From Myxococcota bacterium (GTDB lineage Bacteria; Myxococcota_A; UBA796; UBA2385): a stretch of 64,000 bases of DNA. Shown in pieces: positions 20,355-29,471 of the stretch (position 1 is the first letter of the stretch; each line of letters opens with the position of its first letter). Both the position numbers and the translations under genes were made by a program. The stretch covers positions 1 to 64,000 of the forward strand of contig JBIJDH010000005.1 in assembly GCA_044344255.1 (NCBI GenBank), written 5' to 3'. The notes under the pieces are model-generated. The model was not told the DNA's origin, ran no database searches, and saw only the letters and a list, made by a program, of their open reading frames with translations.

Positions 20355-23300
20355 TCAGGCCGGTCGTGTCGGCGTCCGCACCCGGTGCATCCGCTCGAGC
20401 AGCGCCAGCGGAAGGGCGCCCTCGATGCCCTCGGCGTGACAGGCGGCGAGCCGATCGACCTCCCAGGCGTTGGCCTCGGCGTCTCTCCCCTGGCGCTGGA
20501 GCTCGATGCCGATCCCGTGCAGCAGCACGAGACCCTCGATGCCCAGCACGAGCGCGCCGGGGATGAGGGCGCGGTCGGGCGTGGCGGCCGAGCGGCCCGT
20601 CATCAGGCCCGCCAGCAGGGCGAGCAGGGTCCAGGCCAGCTCAGCGGCCGGCGGGCGCTGCTCTCCGGGGTGGAGCTTGAGGATCGTGAAGGGGCGGCGG
20701 TCGAGCACCGCCTGGATCGCCATCGACTCCCGCGCCCCCAGCAAGACCGTGCCGAAGGCGGGGTCTGGATCCTGGGCGGCGGCCGCCCAGAGCTGCTGGG
20801 CTTCATCGTCACGGCCCGCGGCCCGCAGCGCGGCGGCGAGGTGCAGGCGGGCCTCGGCGGCGGCGCGGCGGTCACCGTGGGTCTCGAGGCGGGTGATCCC
20901 GGCGCGGAGGCGCTCGATGGCCTCCTCTCCGTGACCGAGCCCGGCCATCGGCATGGCGACGAGGCCCCAGGCGAGGACCTCGAAGCGGAGCAGCCCGTTG
21001 TCGCGCGCGACCTCAATGGTCCGCAGCGCCTCGTGCCAGGCGACCATGGGGTCGGTGAGGGCGAGGAGCCGGGCGCGGAGGAGGTGGGCGCGGCACTCGG
21101 TCTCGGGATCCGGCAGCAGCGCCAGGGCCTCGTGCAGGTCGTCGAAGGCGCCCTCGGCCTCGAGGCGCAGGGTCCGTCGAAGGGCGCGGGCGGCGTGCTG
21201 CTCGGCGCGGCTGGCGCTGGGCCCGCTCGTCGAGACCACGACCTCCACCGATGTGACCGCGGGGGCCCTGCGGGCGCGCGCGGCCTCGGTGAGCAGGTGC
21301 TCTTCGGCCCCAAGGTGGAGGCGCTGGAGGGCGAGATCGACGGTCTCGGCACCCTCGTCGTCCCCTTGGCGCCAGAGGGCGTCGGCGAGGACCCCGGCCG
21401 CATGGACCCAGGCCGGCCCCTCCGTGGCGCCGAGCTGCTCGGCGACCGAGAGGGTTCGGCGCGCGAAGTCGCAGATCTGCCCCACGGGCCAGGTTCGAGA
21501 GGAGTCTCGGAGCGCGCGATCGAGGGGGGCGAGGGCCTCCGCGAGCTGCCCGGCCTCCACCCGGTGCACGCCCACGCGGGCCGCGACGGCGGGGTCGTCT
21601 CCTTCTGCGGCCCATGCCTCGGCGAGGGCGGCGTGGAGATCTCCGAGCTCGGCGAGGGTGACCTCGGGATCGCCCAACGCCACCGTGGTGAGCTCCGGTG
21701 GCACGGGCATGGGCGCGCCCCGCTCGAGGTCGATGAGGCCGTCCACGACGAGGCGATCGAGGGCCTCTCCCGCTACACGGGCGAGCACGTCCCAGGGGGT
21801 CCCGGCCGCGCCGAGGGCCATCGAGAGGATCGCCCGGCGGCTCCCGGCGTCGGCGCGGACGCTGGCCCAGAGCTCCATCGCGAAGGCCTTGCGGGTCTCG
21901 GGGAGGGGCGGAGCCCGGTCGATGAGGGTCCAGATACGACCGGCCTCGTTCGTGAGTGCGGTCTCCTGCAGCACGTTGTTTCGCATCCACCAGGACAGCA
22001 CCTCGCGGATCACGCGGGCGTTACCGCCGGAGTATCGCGCGAGCCGCTCTCGAAGCGTCGGCTCGAGGGGGAGGTGGGCCACCACGACGGTCTCGGCGGC
22101 CCGCACCGGCAGCGGCGCCACAGAGAGCGTGCGAACCTGCTCGGGGTAGCGGGCGCGCAGCTCGGAGAGGGAGGGGGCGGCGTGGTCGACGCGGGTGGTC
22201 AGCAGCACCAGCACCGGCGCGCTCCGCCCGAGCAGCATGTCGATGATCGGCCAACAGTCGTCGTTCTCGTCGGCGAGGTGGGCGTCTTCGATCCAGAGGA
22301 AGGACAGGCCGCGCCAGGCCCGCCGCTCGAGGTGCTCGACGAACAGGGCCCGGGCCAGCGAGCGGTTGGTGCGCGGGGCATCCTTGGGCGGGGAGATCCA
22401 GGAGCCGAGGGCGCGGGCGTCCTGCACGGCCTCGGCGAGGGGGATGCCGCGGTCACGGGCGATGAGGTTCGCCACCTCTCGGGTGTAGACCTCGCCGGGC
22501 GAGCCGGGGGGGACGATGCGGCGCCAGGCTCCGCGGAGCCCCCGCTCGGGACCATCTCCGACGGCGTAGTCGAGGCGCAGGCCCTCGCCGATGCCCGCCT
22601 CCTCCACGAAGCGGGTGAGCTCCTGGACCAGGCGGGTGGTGCCGACGCCCCAGGGGCCGGAGATCTCGAGGAGCTGCGGCCGGCGAGACCGCATGGCGGC
22701 CCTGGCGGCGATCCAGATCTGATCGAGCTCCGCCTCCCGCCCGACGAGCTCGATCTCCCGGTGGACGAGCAGGCTCAAGGCCTGGGGCAGGCGGCGCCGG
22801 GCGCGGGGGCGGCGCAACGCCTTTGGGGGCGGCGCCGGGCTGGGGCGGAAGCTCGCCGGGACGGTGGGCCCGGCCTTGATGATCGGCGATCGGGGCCCGG
22901 GCTCTCCCACCGGGGACAGGTTCTCGAGGGCGCGGATGACGTCGGCGGCGAGCTCGGGGCGCGCGCGCAGCTCGGTCTCGAGCATGGGGAGGATGACGTC
23001 GGCGAGCCCTTCCGGCACGGCGTAACCCTCGCGGATTTTCATCGTTCGCGGTGGCTTCTGCCGCTCGGCGAGGGCGGTCGTGGGGTCACGGGCGGGGAAG
23101 GGGAGGCGCCCGGTGAGGATCCGGTAGACCACCGCGCCGACGGCGAAGAGGTCGGTGGCGGGGCACCAGAGCTGTTGCCGCCCGACGAGCCGCTCCGGCG
23201 ACATGTACGAGACCGTGCCTACCACGGCGGGGTCATTGTCTTCGGGGTCCCACAGGGCGCGCGCGACGCCGAGGTCTGCGAGCCAGAGCTCCCGCTCCTG

Positions 23301-23753
23301 CGCCTCGCGGTGCAGCAGCAGGTTGGAGAGCTTCACGTCGAGGTGCAGGATCCCGCGGGCGTGCAGCGCCCCCAGCGCCCGGAGGAGCTGGATGATGTAC
23401 TGCATCAGCTCCGGCCACGGCGGCGGATCGGCCGACATCTCCAGCATGCTCCCCTCACTCGCCAGCGCGAACGCGAGGTAGGGGTGATTGTCGGGCGTTC
23501 GACCGACGTCATGCAGGGCGATGACGTTGGGGTGCACCACGCGGCTCGCCAGCACCGCCTCCCGCTCCAAGCGGGCCTGGAAGCGGGCCCCCTCGCTGCG
23601 GAGCACCTTGAGCGCGACAAGGAGGCCCAGGGCCTCGTCCTGCACGCGCCAGACCTCGCTGGCGCCGCCCTTCCCGAGCAGCGCGCGGTCAACGGAGGGC
23701 CACAGGCGATAGCGCTGCGGGAGGATGGGAGATGGGGGGTTAGGGTGGGTCAC
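20355..23753 (-). CDS. Ser/Thr kinase - AAA/STAND-like ATPase - TPR-like fusion
   Basis: LGKGG, VALKVL, HLDVKLSN, DLG, GTVSYMSPE; LVGREAEL..GPWGVGTTRL..LWIEDAHLAD..GGN; helical C-terminus. Confidence 0.85.
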   Translation of the reverse strand: MTHPNPPSPILPQRYRLWPSVDRALLGKGGASEVWRVQDEALGLLVALKVLRSEGARFQARLEREAVLASRVVHPNVIALHDVGRTPDNHPYLAFALASEGSMLEMSADPPPWPELMQYIIQLLRALGALHARGILHLDVKLSNLLLHREAQERELWLADLGVARALWDPEDNDPAVVGTVSYMSPERLVGRQQLWCPATDLFAVGAVVYRILTGRLPFPARDPTTALAERQKPPRTMKIREGYAVPEGLADVILPMLETELRARPELAADVIRALENLSPVGEPGPRSPIIKAGPTVPASFRPSPAPPPKALRRPRARRRLPQALSLLVHREIELVGREAELDQIWIAARAAMRSRRPQLLEISGPWGVGTTRLVQELTRFVEEAGIGEGLRLDYAVGDGPERGLRGAWRRIVPPGSPGEVYTREVANLIARDRGIPLAEAVQDARALGSWISPPKDAPRTNRSLARALFVEHLERRAWRGLSFLWIEDAHLADENDDCWPIIDMLLGRSAPVLVLLTTRVDHAAPSLSELRARYPEQVRTLSVAPLPVRAAETVVVAHLPLEPTLRERLARYSGGNARVIREVLSWWMRNNVLQETALTNEAGRIWTLIDRAPPLPETRKAFAMELWASVRADAGSRRAILSMALGAAGTPWDVLARVAGEALDRLVVDGLIDLERGAPMPVPPELTTVALGDPEVTLAELGDLHAALAEAWAAEGDDPAVAARVGVHRVEAGQLAEALAPLDRALRDSSRTWPVGQICDFARRTLSVAEQLGATEGPAWVHAAGVLADALWRQGDDEGAETVDLALQRLHLGAEEHLLTEAARARRAPAVTSVEVVVSTSGPSASRAEQHAARALRRTLRLEAEGAFDDLHEALALLPDPETECRAHLLRARLLALTDPMVAWHEALRTIEVARDNGLLRFEVLAWGLVAMPMAGLGHGEEAIERLRAGITRLETHGDRRAAAEARLHLAAALRAAGRDDEAQQLWAAAAQDPDPAFGTVLLGARESMAIQAVLDRRPFTILKLHPGEQRPPAAELAWTLLALLAGLMTGRSAATPDRALIPGALVLGIEGLVLLHGIGIELQRQGRDAEANAWEVDRLAACHAEGIEGALPLALLERMHRVRTPTRPA

Positions 23754-23802
23754 GGTGGAGCGACGTTCGACCGGTGTGGGAGTCTGGGAAGGGGAGGTCA
23801 GG

Positions 23803-24792
23803 GTGACCGAGATCAAGGGGGCGGAGGCGGTCGCGCTTCCGCACAGTCGGTCGAAGGTATCCGACCGCGGCGCGCGGTGGGCGCTTCGTCTGCGCGCTCG
23901 AGGTGGCTCCGCCGTCCCCCTCCTCTCTTCGGTGATCCTTCTCGGCTGTCGGGTCGAGGCCACTGCGCCGGAGGGCTGGCCCGATCGGCGCTGCAGCCCC
24001 TCGTCGGACGACGGAGAGCGCGAGCACCAGCTCAGCCTTGAGGCGCGAGACGGCACCCTCCTCGCCTTGAAGACCCGCGAGCCGCGCGGCGGGAATTGTG
24101 TCCCCACGGTGTTGATGGTGCCCCCGGGCTTCGAGGACGGCATGCCCCTCCTCGAGAGCCCCCTCGCAGACGCCCTCTTGGCGTTGCCGGCTGTGCTCGT
24201 CACCTGGGACCCTCGGGGCCGCGGCGAGAGCGAGGGCCAGGAAGACACCAACGGCTTCACCGGCCAGGATGACCTCGACGAGGTGATGCGCTGGGCGGCC
24301 TGGCAAGAGTCCGTTGACCCGAACCAGCTCGTCGTCTACTCCCGGTCCTTTGGCGGCGCGCTCGTGGCGGGGGCCGTCGGTCGACACGCCGCGCTCGACC
24401 CCGTCGCCTGGGTGGACGCCGAGAGCCCAGGCTGGCTGCAGGAGGAGATCGCGCGCACCCCCGAGCACAACCAGGAGCGGATGGCCGCCGAGCTCGAGGG
24501 CGACCCCGACGCCTGGTGGGCCGAGCGAGAGCCCGCCGGCCTCATCGGCCCGGTGGACGTGCCCTACCACCGCCTGCAGGGCCTGCCCGACCACGCGCTC
24601 GGCGTCTATGTGAGCCACGCGGTCGCGATGGTGGAGGGGGCGACCGAGGCCCCCGAGCGCCGGTACAACGACCTCCTCATCACCGAGCCCCTCACCGAAG
24701 CGGCCGCTACCGAGGCCGCGTGGTCTGACCTCGATCCCACCGGCGATGCGGTGTTGGCCGTGCTGCGGGACGCCCTCTACCCGCCTGGATAG
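23803..24792 (+). CDS. Alpha/beta-hydrolase, probable lipoprotein
   Basis: GGGGAGG SD before GTG; ILLGC lipobox; WDPRGRGESEG and nucleophile elbow YSRSFGG. Confidence 0.72.
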   Translation: MTEIKGAEAVALPHSRSKVSDRGARWALRLRARGGSAVPLLSSVILLGCRVEATAPEGWPDRRCSPSSDDGEREHQLSLEARDGTLLALKTREPRGGNCVPTVLMVPPGFEDGMPLLESPLADALLALPAVLVTWDPRGRGESEGQEDTNGFTGQDDLDEVMRWAAWQESVDPNQLVVYSRSFGGALVAGAVGRHAALDPVAWVDAESPGWLQEEIARTPEHNQERMAAELEGDPDAWWAEREPAGLIGPVDVPYHRLQGLPDHALGVYVSHAVAMVEGATEAPERRYNDLLITEPLTEAAATEAAWSDLDPTGDAVLAVLRDALYPPG

Positions 24793-24818
24793 CTTCGCCG
24801 CCCCGCCGAGGTCCCCGG

Positions 24819-25826
24819 ATGTCCGCGCCGCCCTATCGGTTCCCCTTCCCGCCCTTCCCCACGGCTTGGTATTGTGTGGGCACCTCGGCCGAGCTCCAGC
24901 CGGGCGCCCTCCGGCAGATCACCTTCTGTGGTCAGGAGCGGGTGCTCTATCGCACGGCGGCGGGCGTCCCGGCCCTGGTGGACGCCTTCTGCCCCCACCT
25001 CGGCGCTCACTTCGCCCACGGCGGGAAGGTCGAGGGGGAGCGCCTCCGCTGCCCCTTTCACGACTTCTCGTTCGACACGGCGGGCGTCTGCGTGCACATC
25101 CCCGGCGGGGGCAAGCCACCCCCGGCCGCGAAGATGGTCTCCGTGCCGCTGCGAGAGCAGAACGGGCTCCTGCTCGCCTGGTTCGACTCCGCGGGGCGCG
25201 CGCCCAGCTTCGAGGTGCCCATCCTCGACGATCGGGGCTGGACGCCGATCGTCACCCACACCTGGCGCCTCCGCACCCACCCCCAGGAGACCGCCGAGAA
25301 CAGCGTCGACATCGCGCACTTCCACTCTGTCCACAAGTACGACGACGTCGCAGTCCTCGCCGATCTGGAGCTCGATGGCCCGGTGCTGCGGTCGCGCTAC
25401 GCCTTCACGCGGAATGAGAACTTCCTGATCGGCCCTTCCAAGGTGCGGGTCGAATTCGACGCCGTCATCCACGGGCTCGGCTACTCCATCGTCCACGCCC
25501 GCACCCTGTCCTTGAAGACCCACACCCGCCACTGGGTGCTGCCTACCCCCATCGACGGGGAGCACATCGACCTCCACGTGGGCCTGAGCGTCCAGGAATT
25601 TGAAGATCCGAACGTCATCCTGCCGGGCCTCGGCCTCCTCCCGCGCGGCTGGCTCACCCGGCAGGCCGTTGGCCCGACGATGGCCGGCTACGTCCACGAC
25701 GTCTCGCAGGACATCGCGATCTGGGAGAACAAGCGCTACATCCACCCGCCGGCCCTCGCGAGCACAGACGGGCCGATCGGAAAATACCGAGCCTGGTGCC
25801 GCCAATTCTATCCAGAGCTCGCTTGA
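24819..25826 (+). CDS. Rieske [2Fe-2S] non-haem iron oxygenase (KshA/Neverland-like)
   Basis: CPH..CPFH Rieske motif, ENSVDIAHFHSVH iron motif, DIAIWENK. Confidence 0.88.
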   Translation: MSAPPYRFPFPPFPTAWYCVGTSAELQPGALRQITFCGQERVLYRTAAGVPALVDAFCPHLGAHFAHGGKVEGERLRCPFHDFSFDTAGVCVHIPGGGKPPPAAKMVSVPLREQNGLLLAWFDSAGRAPSFEVPILDDRGWTPIVTHTWRLRTHPQETAENSVDIAHFHSVHKYDDVAVLADLELDGPVLRSRYAFTRNENFLIGPSKVRVEFDAVIHGLGYSIVHARTLSLKTHTRHWVLPTPIDGEHIDLHVGLSVQEFEDPNVILPGLGLLPRGWLTRQAVGPTMAGYVHDVSQDIAIWENKRYIHPPALASTDGPIGKYRAWCRQFYPELA

Positions 25827-26014
25827 TTGGCCGGTGGCTCCGCGCCCGGTGAGGCGGAGCGGCAGCTGCCGGAGGGTGACGGGCGTCGACCGACCTGCCC
25901 GACCTTCGGGCAGGCTGGCACCCCCCTCCCTCCATGATCTCAGGGGCTTGGCTGAGAACGCTCCTTGCTTGTCCCTCCAGCGCACCCGCCCCAAGTGGGC
26001 CCAAGGAGGTGTGC

Positions 26015-26428
26015 ATGCGAGGGATCAACAGCGTGTTTTTGATGGGGACCGTCGGCGCGGAGCCGGAGGTCAAGCGGACGGTGAGCGGCAAGGTGGTCTG
26101 TGACCTCCGTGTCGCCACCAACCGGGGCGTGCGCGGAGAGGAGGGCTGGAGCGAGGTGGCGGACTGGCACTCGATCCGCCTCTGGGAGCAGCAGGCCGAG
26201 CTCTGCCTGCGATATGTGCACAAGGGCAGCGTGATCGCGGTGGAGGGCACGCTCCGCCACGACAGCTGGACGGACGCCAGCAACAACCGGCGTCAAGTCA
26301 CCTATGTGGTGGCGGAGCGGCTGCACTTCGTCAACCTCGGCAACCGCAAGCAGCCCGAGGCTGTCGAGGCGCGGCCGGAGGGGCGCCCCGCCGAGCCGGT
26401 CGAGGCGGGAGACGAGGCCCCCTTCTGA
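26015..26428 (+). CDS. ssb: Single-stranded DNA-binding protein
   Basis: INSVFLMG..PEVK..LRVATN..WH..KGSVIAVEGTL; acidic tail DEAPF; AAGGAGG SD. Confidence 0.92.
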   Translation: MRGINSVFLMGTVGAEPEVKRTVSGKVVCDLRVATNRGVRGEEGWSEVADWHSIRLWEQQAELCLRYVHKGSVIAVEGTLRHDSWTDASNNRRQVTYVVAERLHFVNLGNRKQPEAVEARPEGRPAEPVEAGDEAPF

Positions 26429-26503
26429 GTCCGGTGGCGCGGGCCGAGCCGGGTGACGAGGGTGGACGGTCGCCCGGGGCGGCGCGCTGGGGTGAGCGGG
26501 TGC

Positions 26504-28291
26504 TCAGCCTTGGGCGCCGCCCGCCCGGTAGACGCCCTCGATCACCTCCGCCCAATTCTTGTCGATCACCCGCCGCTTCATCTTGAGGGTCGGGGTCAGC
26601 TCCCCGGCCTCGACGGAGAGGTCGCGGGGCAGCACCTCGAAGCGACGGATGTGCTCGACGCGAGCGAACTTGCTGTTCACGGCGTCTACGGCTCGCTGGA
26701 GCTCCGCCCGCAGCGCCGGGTGCTGGTGCAGGCCCTCCACGGGCACGCCGTGGGCGTCGGCGAACTTCTTGGCGTCCTCGGGCTCGAGCGTGAGCAGCGC
26801 GATGAGGTAGTTGCGCCGATCGCCGATGACCACGGCCTGGCTGATGAGGGCGTAGTCCTTGAGGGCGGCCTCGATGTTGATGGGCGTGATGTTCTTGCCG
26901 CCTGAGGTGATGATGATCTCCTTCTTGCGGCCCACGATCTTGAAGAAGCCGTCCCCGTCCTTGGCGCCGAGGTCGCCCGAGTAAAGCCAGCCGTCGATGA
27001 GGCAGGCCTCGGTGGCGGCCGAGTCCTTGAAGTAGCCGAGGAAGACGTTCGGGCCCTTGAGGCGGATCTCCCCGTCCTCGGCGAGCTCGACGGAGCAGCC
27101 CGGCACCGCCGTGCCGACCGTCCCGAGGCGGGTGGCGCCGGGCTGGTTGAAGGTGGTGGGCCCGCAGCCCTCGGACTGGCCATAGACCTCGTGGATACGA
27201 ATGTCGAGCCCGAGGAAGAATTCAAGGACATCCGCCGAGATCGGCGCCGCGCCGCTCACGCAGACCCGCGCGCGCCCGAGGCCCACCTTGGGCTTGAGCT
27301 TGGAGAAGATGAGCTTGTTCGCGAGGCTGTATTGGAGGCCGAGGAGGGCGCCGGGGGCCTGGCCCTGGTTGCGGAGGGTGTTCACTTCACGCCCGACCCG
27401 CTGCGCCCAGGCGGCGAGCTTCGCCTTGACGCCCGTGGCGTCCTTGAGCTTGCCCTGGATGCCGTGGTGGAGCTTCTCCCAGACCCGCGGCACGCCGAAG
27501 AAGACAGTGGGCTGCACCTCGACGAGGTTCTGCGGCAGCTTGTCGCGAGCCTCGACGAAGTAGACGGGGCAGCCCGCGAGGGTGGGGCCGTGGATCGTGA
27601 ACATCTGCTCGGCGATGTGGGCCAGGGGCAGGTAGGAGAGGGTGCAGTCCCCCGCGACGAGGCCCACCATGCCGATGGCGGCGCTGGCGGTCCAGGCGAG
27701 GTTCTCGTGGGAGAGCATCACGGCCTTCGGGGGCCCGGTGGTGCCGCTCGTGTAGATGAAGGTGCCCATGTCACTGCCCTTCAGGGCGGCGGTGCGGGCG
27801 TCGACGGCCTCGGCGGGGACGCTGTCGCCGCGGGCCAGGAAGGCCTCCCAGGACACGCAGAGGGGCGATTCGGGGAGCTGAGCCCCCCGCATCCCCACCA
27901 GCGCCCGGAGCGCAGGGTGGGGCGCCGCCAGCACCTTCGCGGCTTGCTCGGCGTTCTCGACCACCACCACCCGCGCGTCGGCATGATCGAGGATGTAGCC
28001 GACCTCCTCGATGGAGCAGGTCTCGTAGATGCCGGCAGGCACGGCGGCGACGACCAGGGCCGCCACGTCGGCGATCAGCCACTCCGAGCGGTTGCCGGCG
28101 AGGATGCAGACGCGGTCTGTCTCCTCCACCCCGGTGGCGATGAGGGCCCGGCCAAAGCGGCGCACGACGGCCACGTGCTCGGCCCAAGAGGTGGCCCGCC
28201 ACTCCCCATCGACCTTCTCGAACCAAGCGGGCGCAGAGGGGATGAGGCGGGCCTGGGCGAGCAGGCGTGCGGGCACGGTGTCGGCGGTCAT
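26504..28291 (-). CDS. fadD: Long-chain fatty acid--CoA ligase
   Basis: IYTSGTTGPPK, YGQSE, GWLYSGDLG, GELTPTLKMKR; ATGA overlap with the upstream gene. Confidence 0.92.
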   Translation of the reverse strand: MTADTVPARLLAQARLIPSAPAWFEKVDGEWRATSWAEHVAVVRRFGRALIATGVEETDRVCILAGNRSEWLIADVAALVVAAVPAGIYETCSIEEVGYILDHADARVVVVENAEQAAKVLAAPHPALRALVGMRGAQLPESPLCVSWEAFLARGDSVPAEAVDARTAALKGSDMGTFIYTSGTTGPPKAVMLSHENLAWTASAAIGMVGLVAGDCTLSYLPLAHIAEQMFTIHGPTLAGCPVYFVEARDKLPQNLVEVQPTVFFGVPRVWEKLHHGIQGKLKDATGVKAKLAAWAQRVGREVNTLRNQGQAPGALLGLQYSLANKLIFSKLKPKVGLGRARVCVSGAAPISADVLEFFLGLDIRIHEVYGQSEGCGPTTFNQPGATRLGTVGTAVPGCSVELAEDGEIRLKGPNVFLGYFKDSAATEACLIDGWLYSGDLGAKDGDGFFKIVGRKKEIIITSGGKNITPINIEAALKDYALISQAVVIGDRRNYLIALLTLEPEDAKKFADAHGVPVEGLHQHPALRAELQRAVDAVNSKFARVEHIRRFEVLPRDLSVEAGELTPTLKMKRRVIDKNWAEVIEGVYRAGGAQG

Positions 28292-28779
28292 CGGGGGTCC
28301 TCGGTGGCGGCGCGCGGGAACCGCCACCCTACCAAGAGCGTGACCAAGAGGAGGAAGGGGGCCAAAACAACTGTGTCTTCGCTCCCCATCCAGCCGAGCT
28401 CCCAGCTCATCGTGGAGAAGGGGAAGAGCAGCAGGTAGCCGTTGCCCATGTGGTCCTGAAGGAGGTCGACGCCGAGGTGGAGCGCCATCCCACCGAGGAG
28501 GTTCAAGAAGAAGGCCCGCCTTGCCGGGGCCCGGACGAGCCCCGTGAGGAAGAGAGCGAGGGGCAACATCCCGCACGGCAGGTGGAAGGGCTCCCAGAGG
28601 GCTGGCATCCAGGTGGGTACGGGGACACCCACGCCGCCGAGCGCGATGAGGCCGAGCCCCGGCACGCGGCCGAGGAGGTCGGGGAGGAAGGTCCCGGCGA
28701 GGAAGGTGGCCCGGTGCGGGCCGCCGGTGGCCGCCTTGAGCAGGTAGGCGAGGCAGCCGTGGGTGATGAGATCAGGCAT
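28288..28779 (-). CDS. Membrane metal-dependent hydrolase (YdjM-like)
   Basis: MPDLITH, LPDL, HLGVD and LLFPFS motifs within hydrophobic helices. Confidence 0.75.
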   Translation of the reverse strand: MPDLITHGCLAYLLKAATGGPHRATFLAGTFLPDLLGRVPGLGLIALGGVGVPVPTWMPALWEPFHLPCGMLPLALFLTGLVRAPARRAFFLNLLGGMALHLGVDLLQDHMGNGYLLLFPFSTMSWELGWMGSEDTVVLAPFLLLVTLLVGWRFPRAATEDPR

Positions 28780-29218
28780 CTCGCGGCTCCAGCCAGCCGG
28801 CTCGCCAGCGGAAGGCGAAGGGCGCGGCGGCGAGGGCGCAGAGCAGGCCGAGGGCGGACAGGGCCCCCTTGGCCCGCCGGAGGGGGTGGTGGACGACGCG
28901 CTCCGCCACCACCACCTGCCCCTCTGCTCGAAACACCCCCGCCACGCTCACCGTCTCGTGCAGGGCCACGGGCTCCTCGCTCAGCACGGGGATGTCGCGG
29001 TAGACCTTTGACAGCTCGAAGCGCCCTGGCCCGGGGACCGCGGTGACCTCGTAGAGCGCGAGCACCAGCGAGTCGCCGTCGTGCTGCAGGGGCTCCTCCC
29101 GGCAGGCGCGGATGCCGTCGGGGCTGGTGACGGCCCCCCGCGCGTAGGCGCCACAGAGGGCGAGGAGGACGAGCCCGCTGAGCGAGATCACAGCGACGCG
29201 GTGCCGATCGGCGAACAT
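28772..29218 (-). CDS. Hypothetical membrane protein (two TM helices flanking an OB-like beta region)
   Basis: N- and C-terminal hydrophobic helices; overlaps the next gene by 8 bp; TACGGT-N6-ATG. Confidence 0.68.
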   Translation of the reverse strand: MFADRHRVAVISLSGLVLLALCGAYARGAVTSPDGIRACREEPLQHDGDSLVLALYEVTAVPGPGRFELSKVYRDIPVLSEEPVALHETVSVAGVFRAEGQVVVAERVVHHPLRRAKGALSALGLLCALAAAPFAFRWRAGWLEPRDA

Positions 29219-29305
29219 CCCCCGACCGTAGCGTCGGGCGCTACCGCAGGCCACGACGCCGACCCCCGCGGCCGATCCCAGCGGTCGATCCCGGAGCGCG
29301 GACCC

Positions 29306-29334
29306 TTGACGAGGCCGCGGAGGTCCTATAGAAG
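29306..29334 (+). promoter_or_regulatory. Sigma70-type promoter of tRNA-Val
   Basis: TTGACG-17 bp-TAGAAG, 13 bp upstream of the tRNA. Confidence 0.7.
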
Positions 29335-29347
29335 GGGTCCACTCTGG

Positions 29348-29422
29348 GGGCGATTAACTCAGCGGTAGAGTATTACCTTCACACGGTAGGAGTCGCAGGT
29401 TCAAATCCTGCATCGCCCACCA
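29348..29422 (+). tRNA. tRNA-Val(CAC)
   Basis: Acceptor stem GGGCGAT/ATCGCCC, D arm ACTC/GAGT, anticodon loop TTCACAC, T arm GCAGG-TTCAAAT-CCTGC, encoded CCA. Confidence 0.97.
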
Positions 29423-29432
29423 CCCCCTTCAT

Positions 29433-29466
29433 ACGCCCGTCTTCGCTCTCGCGGAGGCGGGCGTTT
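29433..29466 (+). terminator. Intrinsic terminator-like hairpin after the tRNA
   Basis: ACGCCCGTCTTCGC-TCTC-GCGGAGGCGGGCGT followed by a short T tail; lies between convergent genes. Confidence 0.7.
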
Positions 29467-29471
29467 GACGT

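Noticed and set aside
20385..24041. 1218-aa plus-strand ORF and other long antisense ORFs (for example 13532-15319, 38605-41064, 8514-10352)
   Set aside because: They lie opposite motif-bearing genes, have no motifs of their own, and are expected from stop-codon scarcity in high-GC DNA
25916..25931. Sigma54 promoter upstream of ssb (TGGCAC)
   Set aside because: No GC dinucleotide at the -12 position
29348..29422. tRNA-Val as an integration site for a genomic island
   Set aside because: No integrase, and I saw no duplicated tRNA 3' end; the terminator follows directly and flanking genes have normal composition
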